NCBI RefSeq assembly: GCF_009834535.1
Contig: NC_045697.1
Span: 66,280,001 to 66,344,000, forward strand
Source: Camelus ferus
Lineage: Eukaryota
Direction: 5' to 3'
Length of the DNA stretch: 64,000 bases
Part shown: one piece after another, positions 12,533 through 24,845 of the stretch
Layout of the letters: the number at the start of each line of letters is the position of its first letter
Position numbering within the stretch: the stretch's first letter is position 1
Position numbers and translations under genes: made by a program
Notes under the pieces: model-generated
What the model was told of the DNA's origin: nothing
The model's database searches: none
Seen by the model: only the letters and a program-made list of their open reading frames with translations

Positions 12533-12708
12533 AAGATTATCCTACAGTAATAAATATTTCCTAGTAATATCTAGTTGAAGCAGTTTTGACACATTGGAAT
12601 AGTATTTCTCTATCCATCACTTTTTAGATAACTTCATCTTCCAAATCAATTCTGATTTTCTTTTTCATCGGTTTTTATAGAAAATTCTTTAGAAGCATCC
12701 TTCTCAGT

Positions 12709-12734
12709 ACACACACACACACACACACACACAC
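12709..12734. repeat. (AC)13 microsatellite
   Basis: Read directly. Confidence 0.95.
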
Positions 12735-13370
12735 GTACAGACACAATGTACACACACTGCAGTTTAAATTATTTCCTGAAACATCTTTCATAAAAGTACA
12801 TAATAAGTATTTTTTTTTTGGATGAATAGGCCGTTTCCTTCTTCCATCTGTGATAGTCTGGCAGGAACTCTCAAAGAGATCTGAAAGGAGGGCTGGCACT
12901 GGTAAAACCTCCAATTAGACAATCTTCTGTTAGTGATTGTCATTCACTGTGATTTTCGTTTTTTAATTCTTTGAAAGAGAAATGATAAGCTATATTCCTG
13001 TGAGAGACAGTTGTTCTAGGGAACACTTTTTGCCTCCAGAGAAGGATAAATTTGGTTGTAAGAGGAAGTATGTAAGTGGAATGTAGACTAGACAAGTTGA
13101 GCAGTGTGTCTGCCAGTGGTACCATCTCTTTCTAGGAGTTCTTGCACTTCATCAGCCTTTGTGTGTAGATCTCTTTGCTCCTTACCTTGCTCTTCTGTTT
13201 CCCTGGCCATAGCCAGCTGACCCTGGGATGAGTGCCTGACCCAAGTGTAGCCATCTGTAGACAAAGTTAGGAGATCTGTATGTGGTTATACTACTTACAA
13301 ACTTTATGGATTTTAGGAAATATAAAATTTAACTACTCTGAACTTTACTCATAAATGTAAATCATTGCTG

Positions 13371-13825
13371 TCATTCATTGACTTACTTACTTCCTCCACA
13401 GTGTTTATTGAACACTGTTACATGTGAGGCACTGTCCTAGGCACTAGGGATACAGTGTTGTGAATAAAACAGAGCCTGTGCTCTCCCAGACCTATCCTTT
13501 AGGGAAGTGAAGAAGAGACAATAAATAAATAAAAATAGTTGGTGATAAGTAGTAGGGGGTAAAAACAAAGACATATAGGGAAGGGGAGTGGTGGTTGAAC
13601 AGGGGTTACTGATTTATAGAAGGTGAGCAAAAAGGCCTCATAGATAAGGTGACATTGAACAGAGGCTGGAGTGAAGTGGGAAGAAGAACATTTTTGGCAA
13701 AAGGTGAAGACCCTGAGATGAATGTTTGCTTGACACATTTCAGAGACAGCAAGACTCCAGTGGGAGGAGTAGACTGAGAGGGAGAGGAGTGGGAGATGAT
13801 TTCAGAGAGTTGAGGGTAGGTATTT
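13371..13825 (-). mobile_element. L2a 3' fragment
   Basis: tcattcatt...tttattgaacac...aggcactgtcctaggcactagggatacag...aaggtgacattgaacagag. Confidence 0.85.
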
Positions 13826-15261
13826 CCTAAGGTGAGCTGTAATAAAATCTACAGCAGGTTAGTTGATAGGATGGAGGCATTTTGCCTTTAGATTGAAATG
13901 AGACCTTGTCAACAAAGTGAGAGTTTGGTTTGATTTGATCTGGTTTGTTTTTGGAACACAGTACGCAGTACTGTGGTGCACAGCAAATATTTTCTCTGAA
14001 GTCTGAAAAGTCTGCTGATTGAAGTGTTATTTTATTCAGGACTGATACTAATTTTCAATAGTATTTGGGGTTTAAAAGGCTGTAAACATTGGCCTTTGTA
14101 TCCTTAGTGCTGTTGTTTTGATGTAGGAAGAGTAATTAATTATAAATGAGAAATCGGGTCAGATTTAGTATGTAGTTCATTGAAAGTAACTTTCGTGGAG
14201 TGGTGACTACTCATTCATTTCATTGCCATCACCCTTACAAGAATATTTACTTTGAAAGATAAGGTAAAACAAAAAATTATTTTTGTCTTTTCTCCAAGAT
14301 TTTGGTTTTACCCTTATTTTTCAGCTTCATAATGGAGATTGAAAAATTTTAGTATCTGTTGGGTAATCATTAAAGTAACATGCAGATTTTTAAAGACATA
14401 TTAGTCTGTAAAATGATTCAGTCTATTTAGGGATTTGTCAAGTAATATTTGAAATCACCTTTTAAGTTTTACTTCTAGAAACATTTCCTGGGACGCTTTG
14501 ATCTCTTTACAGTGGATGATCATTAAAACATTTCATTTACACCTGGCAGGAATGACCTTTTGAAGTCAGTTAGCTTTTCAGGTGGACTGGTAATCATTGT
14601 CCAATTGTCTTGGCTTCTGTTACAGTCACCAGACTGTTTCTGTTGAAATTTTAAATAAAAATAGTGAAGTATTTTCTTGGGGAAGGGCAGTTTCCAAAGT
14701 GCTTTTATTTTATTATCACCATTAACCTTCATTCTCTTCAAGACTTAAGCTTTATTATTGCTAGACAATTATCTAAGTTATCCTAATTAAAAATTTTGTA
14801 ATCAGCTGCATTACCTTTTGCGTTAGTGAAGCCCTGTCCTTTCTTTTGTCTGAATGATGGGCAAGAAATGTTAGAAATTTTCTTGTCAAAGGAGATTGCT
14901 GTAGAGGACAGATTTATTCTAATGAAGAGCCACTTTCTAATCTAATGGTAAAGCTCCACATGTGATACAGATGATTTGTTTTTCTAGAGTTGGTAACAAT
15001 TTAAGACTGATTTTTCAGTGATTTTGTGAAGCAAATGTTTTCTTCAGCAAAATTTGGAAGTGAATTTAGCAGGCTGTTTAAATAAGTTGATATCGTGCTT
15101 GTCTGGTTTTGATAGTTCAGGTTTTTGCAACTGCAATAGACTAGTTTCATGGTTAAATTTGGCTTTCACCAGAAATAATGATTATTATTTGCATTGATGT
15201 TAATTTTATTTTAACCTCAGTAAAGTTATAGTCTTTCTTTAAAGAGGAAAATAAAAATAAA

Positions 15262-15420
15262 AACTAGTAGAAAAGTAGATGGTGGTTAAAGGGGCTGAAG
15301 GAAGAGGGAGGGGGGTTGATTAATGGGTACAGGCTTTTAGTTTTGCAACATGAAAAAGTTCTGGAGTTCTGTTGTACAGCATTGTGAGTATGTTTGCCGC
15401 TACAGGACTGTGCAAATTGA
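15262..15420 (+). mobile_element. L1MA/MB 3' UTR fragment (sense)
   Basis: agtagatggtggtt...aatgggtacagg...gttttgcaacatgaaaaagttctggag. Confidence 0.75.
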
Positions 15421-15807
15421 TGTGACTTTTTTTGATCAACAGAAAATGACCCGTTTATAAGCCCTTGCTATTTCTTCTAAGTATTATAAATACACATTCT
15501 AAAAAAAAGCATTTTTTCCCCTTGATGTGCCAAAGCAATAGTAATAGTATTTAGACAACAATGAGTAGACAGCAAATTATTGCTAACTTTTACTTGAAAT
15601 TATGGGAAGTAAAATTTAACTTCAGGGATTGATGTAGTTATGGTAATATGATTTCTTAACTAAACTGACCAGATTTACCAGGGAATATCCTCTATATTTA
15701 AAGACAGTGGAAAGTTTGTGAGAATTGGCAAACCACCTCCCAGTTCAGTAACTCGAAGGCAGCTCAATTCCACCTTCTCTTTAAATAGATATATATGCAA
15801 CAAATAT

Positions 15808-15829
15808 TATATATATAGCTATATATATA
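15808..15829. repeat. (TA)n tract forming a 22-bp perfect palindrome centred on AGCT
   Basis: tatatatatag|ctatatatata. Confidence 0.9.
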
Positions 15830-16682
15830 TATACAATATATATATAGCTCCTAGTTCTTTTTAAACCATCAAGTAACTCTTAAAGTTGCATCATACCTAA
15901 ACTAAAACAAAATATGTCATAAATACGTCTACATACCTCATGAGTAGGAATGTGCTTGACAAGTTATTATTAACTGATCAACACTCTGAAGCTTGATTCT
16001 TCATATGTTGGTGTTACATGCATACAGAGCTTACACATACATGAGGACATTAGGGTTGTGTTTTACTTCTGACCGTCTGGAATCGTTCCCCTTGTTTTCT
16101 TTATAGTTTTGTAGCACACATTATTTCTGATTGGATGTTATTTGTAATTCTGATATTTTGAATGTTTTAGCTTGGGTGGATAAGAGTGTCACTTTGTATT
16201 TTAGGTAACTCAAACCTCTTCCACTTTTTTCTACCTAAAAATATAGTCAGTAGAATTGTTGTGAAGAATTGAGGAGTTGCTCTCTTGTCATTGTCTTTTG
16301 TTTGGTAAATAGTAATTTATAACAATCTAATTCTCAAGAGGAAAAAATTTTGTTTACTTTTTATTATAAAAGTTATAAATACACATTCTAGTTGAAGATG
16401 CATAGGAAACAATGACAACAAAAACAAAACAAAATACTCCACCAAACCTGAAATCCAGCTACCCAGAAAACTGGGCATTTTCTTGAGTAACCTTAAAAAC
16501 AGACACTTAACCAACATTCTTCAGATAACAATTCATCTAGAATCTTCTTCCATCATCAGTATATAAAGACTTTTATTAATTTCTTTTTTGGTTGTATCTT
16601 GTTCTACTGTGTTGGTTTCATATTTAAATATTTTGAGTTTATATGTTTATAGTTTAGAGGAAGTGTAACAAATACAGATAGA

Positions 16683-16945
16683 GAGGTAGAGTATCATAGT
16701 GTGCAAGATTATGGACTCTGTAGCGAGTCATTGTGTGGTCACATCTCAGTACCTACACTTTCTTGCTGTGTGACCTTGAGCAAGTTACAAAACTCTGGGT
16801 CTCTGCTGTCTCATTTGTAAAATGAGATTATTAATAGTGTACTTGTATAGTAGAGTTATTGTGAAGACTGATTGACTTCATATTCTTTAAGTATGTGGAA
16901 TACCTGGCAAAGAGTGTATGCAATATAATATAAACTATTTTTGTT
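16683..16945 (+). mobile_element. MIR SINE
   Basis: gctgtgtgaccttgagcaagttac...ctcatttgtaaaatgagattattaatag core. Confidence 0.85.
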
Positions 16946-17868
16946 GTTACTATGGATGTTGTGGTTGTTCAGTTTTAGGTAGATTTCAAATGATTTTAGA
17001 TGTTTAGCCTAAGCATCCACCTGTGTCCTTTTGCCAGTTCCCCATCTCTTCAAGTTTGTGCATGATATTATGATGTGTCTGTTGGATGGAAATGGAGTGA
17101 GGGGAGGGTGGTAGAAAGGAGGTTTTGGGTTTCAGAGACCTGGACAGAATTACTGTTGGCAGTTATCCATGCTTTTCTGGCCATATTGTCTTTGGCATAT
17201 CTTGGGTGGCCTTTGACTAGAGCTGTTCTAAGTAGAGCCAGCCCTCCTTGATACATCTTGGAATCTAGGGAATAGTTTTAAAGGTTCTTAACTGAGGGCC
17301 AATAAAAGGCAATGTAAGTTAATACAAGTTAGTGAATTTTGGCATGTAGTCTAGCCTGGAGATACACTCTGTAACCTTACTGAAGATTTTTGTTGTGTTT
17401 AACTATTCTTAAAGCATTAAAAGTGGCATGTGTTATGTGAGAGAGACTCTTTTGACTTCTCCACATGTATAGTTTTTTTTTTAATTGAAATTTGTGGGAA
17501 AAGAATGAAACTATGACTTTCAGTTTTTCATATTAAGTTTTTTTTTAATGGCCTGCAAAAAATGAAATGTAATGAAACAAAAAAATTTTTAAGAAGATTT
17601 GGCCTATGGTTACATGGATTTATAAAATTTTATTTTAGTATCATCTTCTATGAACCTCCTTAAAAATCAGTGAAAAGTTATTAATCAAGTGACTGTATCT
17701 TCTACTTGCCATGGCTTCATTTTTTTATAGGTATATATTTAAAATAATATTTGATTTCTGACTACTAATTTTTATGTATATTTCACATTTGACAGCAAGT
17801 CAGGCACATAAGTTAAAAAAACTTACTGTGACCAATAGAATATGGTTTAGTGTAGTATTACAACTGTA

Positions 17869-18242
17869 CAGTCGGTCTGCATATCTGAGGGTTCCGTTTC
17901 TGCAGGTTCTGCACCTGCAGATTCAACCACCTGTGAATTGAAAGTATTCTGGAAAAAAATTCCAGAAAATTCCAAAAAGCAAAACTTAAATTTGCCATAC
18001 TGGCAACTATTTACATAGTGTTTACATTGTATTTACAACTATTTACATAGCATTTATATTAAACGTTGTAAGTAATCTAGAGATGATTTAAAGTTTATGA
18101 AGGATGTACATAGGTTATGTGCAGATACTGTGCCATTTTATATATAGGACTTGAGTGTTCTCAGATTTTGGTATCCTCAGGGGGTCCTGGAGCCTAATCC
18201 CGCCCTGGCGCTCCCCCACCCCCCAGTACTGAGGGATGACTG
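17869..18242. mobile_element. MER2B-like non-autonomous Tigger (Tc1/mariner-pogo) DNA transposon, full length
   Basis: Ends CAGTC...GACTG flanked by a TA duplication (17867-68, 18243-44). Internal gattcaacc, aagtaatctagagatgatttaaagt and gattttggtatcc motifs. Confidence 0.88.
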
Positions 18243-18386
18243 TACCAAGTGATTGTGAAGCTCAGTCTGGCTGTCTGGCTAGAAGTGTTAGACTGTGAGC
18301 AGGAACGTTAGGGCACTCGTTGAGATTTCTAAAGATGGTGATGTCTTTTATTCTGTAAAGCACACTCAAATCACTATTTCACTTCA

Positions 18387-18418
<32 letters not shown>

Positions 18419-19194
18419 AACATTTTCTTAGTCAGTTTCTTTCCCATTATTGGTCAGTCCAAATGGCCCTTTAAGGGAATTTGATGGGGAGATCTTTGTA
18501 TATTGGATTGTTTTCAGGGCAAGCCATGGTGAGAAGCTAAACTGTTCTTAGATTACTCTATCTTATATTAAGATATGGATAAGATATAGATAAAATATTC
18601 TATTATATCTTGTGATGTTTTTCACATACAGCCTATTTATTTTTAACCTGTATTGTCATCATTTTATGGTATTTCTCTTTGCTTTGATTCTGAGTTTTTC
18701 ATTTTGGCTGAAATATTCTGGCAAAAGTTGTTGTAAGTCTAATTTTCAAGCTTCTGAATAAAACTTGTCCACTGCCTTTCACCAACTTTTTAATTTTCTT
18801 GTTCTTAGAGAAAATGCCACTAGGAGGAGGGAGAAGAAGGGAAAAATTGAGAGTTTGAGGGGAGGCTAGAGCTAAAGCTCATTTAATGGTGGGTTACTAA
18901 GTCAGCAACCACCTTTTTATTTAATTCACTCTTCAAAACATTTTTAAAAAACACTACTTCTTTTACTTACTGTCATGACTTTTTTGGTAAATGTGGGCCA
19001 CAGAGGATATATATTAGTATTACGATTATTAGTGTTAAGTGATTCTGGATCACGGGTAATTTATACATCTCAACTTTCTGTTTTACTGGGGTTTTTTTCC
19101 CTCCCTAAAAAGTAAGGTCCAGTAAGCATTCCTTTGAATTACCAACTTCTTCTATTGAAATCTCCTATTAAGGTCCTGATTTTAGGAACTGAAT

Positions 19195-19685
19195 GAGTCA
19201 GGGTCCAATTAGGAAAATAAAAACACTCTAGGTGTTTTAAATAGGAAATTTTAGTAGATGGAATTGATAAAACAGTTTTTGGTAGAGCAGAGAAACCAAA
19301 CAGGGTCTGGCAGGGCATTCTCGAGATGAGCAACAGCAGGACACCATTGTCATCTTTAGGACCCAGAGAGGCAGTGGGAAAATGTAGTGTTACCAGAGCC
19401 TGGGCATTGGGGCTGGCTGGTAGGAGCCAAAACCACAGAGAGGGCATGGGCCCTGAGCTGGGACCACGGAGCCTGGGGCTGAACGACTGGAGTTGGAACC
19501 ATAGAGCAGATGTAGAAATGGGAGAAATACCAAGGCTTCTCTCCGGCCCTCCAAGCCTCTGCCATTGCCTCTTACTGGTGGGATCTATCCAGAAGCCAGA
19601 GCAAAGGAGCCTTGCCATATACAGAGGGGGCAAAGGAGGGTGGGGAATTGATTTGACAACAAGTAGACAAATGATCAGTGGAGGC
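19195..19685 (-). mobile_element. Old ERVL-class solo LTR (LTR33/LTR16-like)
   Basis: GC-richer block starting tgagtcagggtccaattagga and ending ...ccagaagccagagcaaaggagcc...agacaaatga. Explains three overlapping ORF calls. Confidence 0.6.
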
Positions 19686-21089
19686 AATACAAAAAAATGT
19701 TGTTTTTTCCCCCCTTGGAAACTGCTATTATTAGCGCTTTTCGTATTCTAAGGCACTCCTCTTCCTCCATGGCTCAGGTTCCTCGTACTGTAAGATGGTA
19801 ATAATTATGATGTGTATGGTCCCAGTTTTCCGGAACCACTTACGTTTATTAGTAGTAAACTTTTATTACATTTGCTGCACATTTTTCTGCCAATCTCTTC
19901 TCATTTTTATTGTTTATATATGAGACACAGAAGTTTATCATTTTCATTTGTTCAAATCTTTTCCTTTTTCCTTTGTATGTCTTCAAAGATTAGAAAGTCA
20001 ATCCTCTTGAGATATTTAATAAATATTCTATCCTGTCATCTGCTTTTTCTAGCTTTTCAACATTTTTAAACTCTGTAATCCATCTGGAATTAATTTTGGT
20101 GTGGGGTTGATATATTATTTTAATGTCAGTTAAGACAGTTTATTCATTTTTAAAGATTACCTATATTTTGAGAGTCTTGATCTTTTTTCTCTTTTAATTG
20201 CCTTATCTATGCTGGCTTTCTTTACATTTGGTAGATCCTTATCTTTAGTTATATTCCAGATTTTATTTGAAGTGTCATCTCTGCTAATTTTTAAGTTTAT
20301 TGACTATAAAGCATATTTCTACTTTTAATCATATTTGAAGTTACTATCCAAAGGCAGTCTACCTCCTTTTTAAATTAAAAAATCTAGGATGTCATGTTGA
20401 GATTTGGGTTGATTTTAGAAATTTTTGATGTTAACTAACAAATAAGTACAATTATATTGATGCATACATCTCTATTTATTGTTTTTTATGTACAAGTCCA
20501 TAAAGGACTGTCGTGATTTTCATTTTTTGCTTAGTTTAGTCATGGGAGAGTAAAGTGACTTTCTTGCATAGTGAGTGTCTAATGTGTTTTGAATGTGGCT
20601 TTTTCAAATCTATTGCTGTAATCATATTAATCTGGTAAATGTCGTATGGAACATTGTCTAAATTTAGTAGACAGGGAAGTAAAAGTCAAAATGTAAAGAG
20701 AAAGCAAGAGTAGATTACTTTAAAATTATTAACTCCTTACCTTTTTCCTTGATGTATTTATTGACTTGAGGTGAGGATGTTGGAACTCTGAAAATATCTA
20801 AATAGAGCATCACTTATTTTATTTGCTTCTGAAATGTAATATACTGTTATGAAATATTATGTAGTGACAGAATGGTTAACTTAGCATTTAAAAAGAAATC
20901 GGGTTATAAGGTAGGGTGAATGAGGAAAAGATGTGTTTAAAATGCATTATTTATCAGAAAAGATTCTGAAAAATTAGCCCCTCATATTTAGTTTTGAAGC
21001 AAGAGATTTTTGCCTTCAGTTCTTTATAGTCACAATTTAAAATTTCCGTGTAATTGGTATTAATTAAAAACTTAATACAAACAATACAG

Positions 21090-21580
21090 ATTTTTAATGT
21101 GGACATTATCAGCATTATAAAAGTAGAATAATATGAGCCCACTGTATCCATCACTGAGGTTCAGTTAAGTATGTAGTCAATTTTGCTTTATCTGTATTCT
21201 CACTGATTTCCCCTTCCATGTTCTTTTGAAGCAAATCCTAGTTATATCATATCGTCCAAATATTTCAGTATGTATTTCAAAATTTTAAGAATGCTTTTAA
21301 AAACATAATCCACAGTACCTTTATCACACCTGAAAAATTGACAATTTCCCAGTATCAGCAGAATTCTTATCTTCCCGATTGCCATTCATAAGTATATATG
21401 TGTCTATATAATAATTATTCCTTTTTTTTTAGCAATCTGAATCAGTATCCAGATAAGGTCCATTCTTTGGGATTGGTTTATATGTTTCTTAAATCCATTA
21501 TAATGTATAAATTCCTCTTCCATAGTTTTTTTCCCTTAGATTTTTATATTAAAAGAACTGAGTCATTTGTCTTATATAAA
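21090..21580 (-). mobile_element. L1MC4-like 3' fragment
   Basis: ttttgaagcaaatccta...aaatatttcagtatgtat...aaacataat...ttatcacacct...aatcagtatccagataaggtcca. Confidence 0.7.
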
Positions 21581-23285
21581 ACTTTTTTTGAGAGATAACT
21601 GTATTGTAGAAAAATAGAGCAGGTTCAACATGTTTTCCAGATTTGTCATTTGTGTACTATGTTCATGATATTTGTCATATCCCAGATTTACTTAACTATT
21701 TTCATGATTATGATCCTGCTTTTAAACCAAAATTCATACTGTATTCTCATTCTAATCACTCACATTTATGGGATGATGGTTTTTGATGTCTTTATTATAT
21801 TTTAAAATACTTGTTAAGATAAATGTAACTATTAAGATAAATCTCTTCATCCATGTACCATCTAAAATCATTTTGAATACCACACCTTTGGAAACACTAT
21901 TTTAATATTACTGTCTCTTCTCCTTATTTTCTTTACTCACTTTCTGTGTTGAAATCTAATCAGTTACACCAAGAGGGACCAATCTGAAACCTTAGATACA
22001 TTTCCTGCATGTGTCCTGAAACGAGGTACATTCTGTGCAAAGTATGGTTTTACTGGCATCCTGCTAGTGCAGTGTGTTACCAATCTGAGATCATGGTCTA
22101 GCCAGTTCAGCATTTTTATCTTTCAAGTTCAAATTCCATTACGTGTGACCTGTAATTTTACAGAGGAAGGAAAAAATCCAGGAACCTACTTCTGGCTTCT
22201 CAATGAAATCTTCAGTTTATTATTGGTAAGTGGAGTTAGGTGATGGCTGAAAACATTTTTCTTTCTCTTGAATAGGATTTAACTTATAGGGAAAGTTAAA
22301 TTTGAATATTATAAATTAAAAAGAAAACAGTGATAATTTTTTTAAGTTTCTAAAAATTTGTGGAAAAGGCATTACAATAAAATAAGTTGTTTGACTATAT
22401 GAACTTTGAGGAAACTTTATTTTTGTCTTTTTGACTCTGGTCAAATTGTATTTCTCTCTTGTTCATCCATCTTTGCTAGTTTTCCAGTTTTGTCTTAGGC
22501 TTATCCATTTTGTCCTGTTAGAGTTCTAAGATTATAACCTCAATATGTCTCCTTTTGGTTATATATTATCATTATGCTAGAACTATGTTATCAAATGATT
22601 TGATAAAATATTCTGTAAATAAAAGCATTAGTTTCACACTGCATGGCCAGTGTAATATATATGCAGCTGGGAAACTGTGTGGTTAAAGTGAGTGAACTAG
22701 CGCATGCCGCTTACGCCTAAGGAATATTGTCATCTCCAGTGGCTCTTCTAGCTCTTAAAAAACATAAATCATGTGACATCTGTGTGGTAAAAGGCCAGTA
22801 GATTATAAATCTGGGCTTAGGATGAGAGGAGGTCTCAAAGGCTTCCTCAAGTTCAGGAAGGCAGAACTGGGGAGTCAGTGTGCTTCTCCAGATCCCTTGG
22901 ATTCACCTCGTAGATGAGTCCTATGCATCCATGATATTCGTTGTATTTCTTATGCTCCAGCCACTTAGTGTGGATCTGTAGGTTACTACCTATAAGTAAC
23001 TAGCTTAGTCCTAGCATTTCTTTCCTTAAGATAGTCTTTACATTTCTTTTATTTTGGTATTTGAAATATAATCAAATAATAAAGAATACTATTAGGTAAG
23101 GATCCTTTAGCTTTTAATACATTGGATAAGGTTTTATATGTAGCTTCTAGATAAGGTGCTTTACTTAGAGCATTAAGACTCTAGGAGGTAAAAGAAAGAT
23201 CTTTGTGAGTAGGAAAGGTTGGTTGGTAGACCTCATGGTAAGCTCTCTGGACAGAAATGGTGAAGATGACTTTTCTCATAAGAAA

Positions 23286-23331
23286 TTTTTGGGTGACAAA
23301 CACTACGGTTTTTGGGTGACAAACACTACGG
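23286..23331. repeat. Perfect 23-bp tandem duplication
   Basis: tttttgggtgacaaacactacgg x2. Confidence 0.95.
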
Positions 23332-23589
23332 TTTGCCTGTCTAGTACTTTTCATCACTACCACTACCCGACTTTCTTTGGGGTGGCAGCTTGCCTGGCTG
23401 AGAGATTTGCCTTTGTAGACTCATTGCACTGCAGTCTAAGTGGATGTCTGCCAGGGTGTATTTCTGTTTGCCCGAGTGAGGTGCCCCTCATTCCCTATTG
23501 CTTTTCTTCTCCTTGTCAGGAAAGTGGATGTGGTGCTTGGACTTTCTTGCTCTCATTTGTGACAATTAAAAAGTAGATGAAATCTGTGT

Positions 23590-23765
23590 ATTTGGGTGGC
23601 TGAGGAAAAAGAATAAAGGAGACTGGGGGCAGTGATGTCATTGTGGGGCTGCCTTGGACTGCCTACCTTTACACTTCTCTTTACATGAAGAAAATAACAA
23701 TTTCTTTTCTATTAAAACACTGTAGAAGGATATTCTGGTATGTGCAGCTGAATATAATCCTAACT
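23590..23765 (+). mobile_element. MaLR (MLT1-type) LTR 3' part
   Basis: ccttggactgcctacct...cttctctttacatgaagaaaataa...tgcagctgaatataatcctaact is the characteristic MLT1 3' end. Confidence 0.7.
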
Positions 23766-24378
23766 TTGCTGCCTAAGAAACATTATGTTTTAGCCTCACA
23801 CCAGAGCTTTGTTACTAAATGCTATTAGTACACCCCCCCCCCCAATACTGATTTTGTCAGTGAACTTCAACTAGTATAGAACTTGACTAGCTGGGATGGA
23901 GAGGCTATGAGAAAAAAGCATAATTTCAATGTAATTTCAATGTAATATATCATCAAGAATCATGTGATTCAAGACCATTCTCCTCCTGAACACTAAGTTG
24001 AAGAAAACTTTGAATCCAGGTAAGTTCTTGCGGTTTGGTTTCTAAAAGTTGTTTGTAGCTTTCTTCCTCTTGCAGCCTGGCCATTCCTTAATGATTCCGC
24101 CACCAAGACGGATGGCACATGCGCGTATCCAAAAAGCCCCTGTCTTTTCCCTTGCTGATTTTAGCCTGCCTGTACTCCTTTAAACATTCTTTAGGAATAG
24201 AGACTCTATTGTTTTTACTGGTCCCATGCTGCAGATGTTCAGGAATTGCTTCATCGACTGTGCATAACACAGGAGTTACTTCTGCAGGGTGGGAGTGTTC
24301 AGACTTTCCTTTGAGTACTTGTGGATGGCTGTATGTGTATCTTAAGAAACTACAGAGGGTGTGGGGGAGTCTCTAGAA

Positions 24379-24550
24379 CAGAGTTTCTTGTCCCACCTGG
24401 GTCAGAATTAGCTGGAGCTCTTAAAAATACACATGCCTGTGCCTCACTTAAGATTTACTGAATTAGAATCTGGAGCAGTAGAAAGTGCGAATCTGTGTTT
24501 TTAACAAGCAGTGCAAATGATTCAAGGACGCAGATACTTGAGAAATACTG
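24379..24550. mobile_element. MER5-type hAT-Charlie MITE
   Basis: cagagtttct...tcagaattagctggag...ttaaaaatacacatgcctg...tgaattagaatct...ttttaacaagc...ttgagaaatactg. Confidence 0.7.
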
Positions 24551-24845
24551 TTTTTGAGCCTTCTTAGATTCCCCCAGCCTCCTATACAGGGCCCTCAAGT
24601 TGCGTGTTTGTATTAAGGTGCTGAATGAACCCGTTCCGCTGGTGAGTGCATCCTTCACTGTGGGCATTTGTTGTTGATGCGGATGCCAGCTAGCTTGCTG
24701 AGTGCTGGCTCTGTGTGTGAATCAACTTGTAGATCGGTTTTACCTGAGTATTTAATGTGTGAGGAAAGTTCTTTGTCTTGCAGTAATTGATATTATTCTT
24801 GAATTGAAACAGTTTTTATCTGCAAATAGCCATGGAGCTGTTTTT

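Noticed and set aside
18004..18050. 15-bp direct repeat caactatttacatag at 32-nt spacing
   Set aside because: Internal to the MER2B-like element and possibly part of its consensus. Only two copies; not CRISPR-like.
18444..18453. Isolated perfect CArG CCATTATTGG
   Set aside because: Single boxes are expected several times by chance in 64 kb of AT-rich DNA.
19139..19751. Overlapping 182, 141 and 69 aa ORFs
   Set aside because: They lie within a GC-richer LTR relic, with no recognisable protein or supported exon structure.
23205..23576. 123-aa ORF
   Set aside because: Non-ATG start, spans the 23-bp duplication, no recognisable domain.
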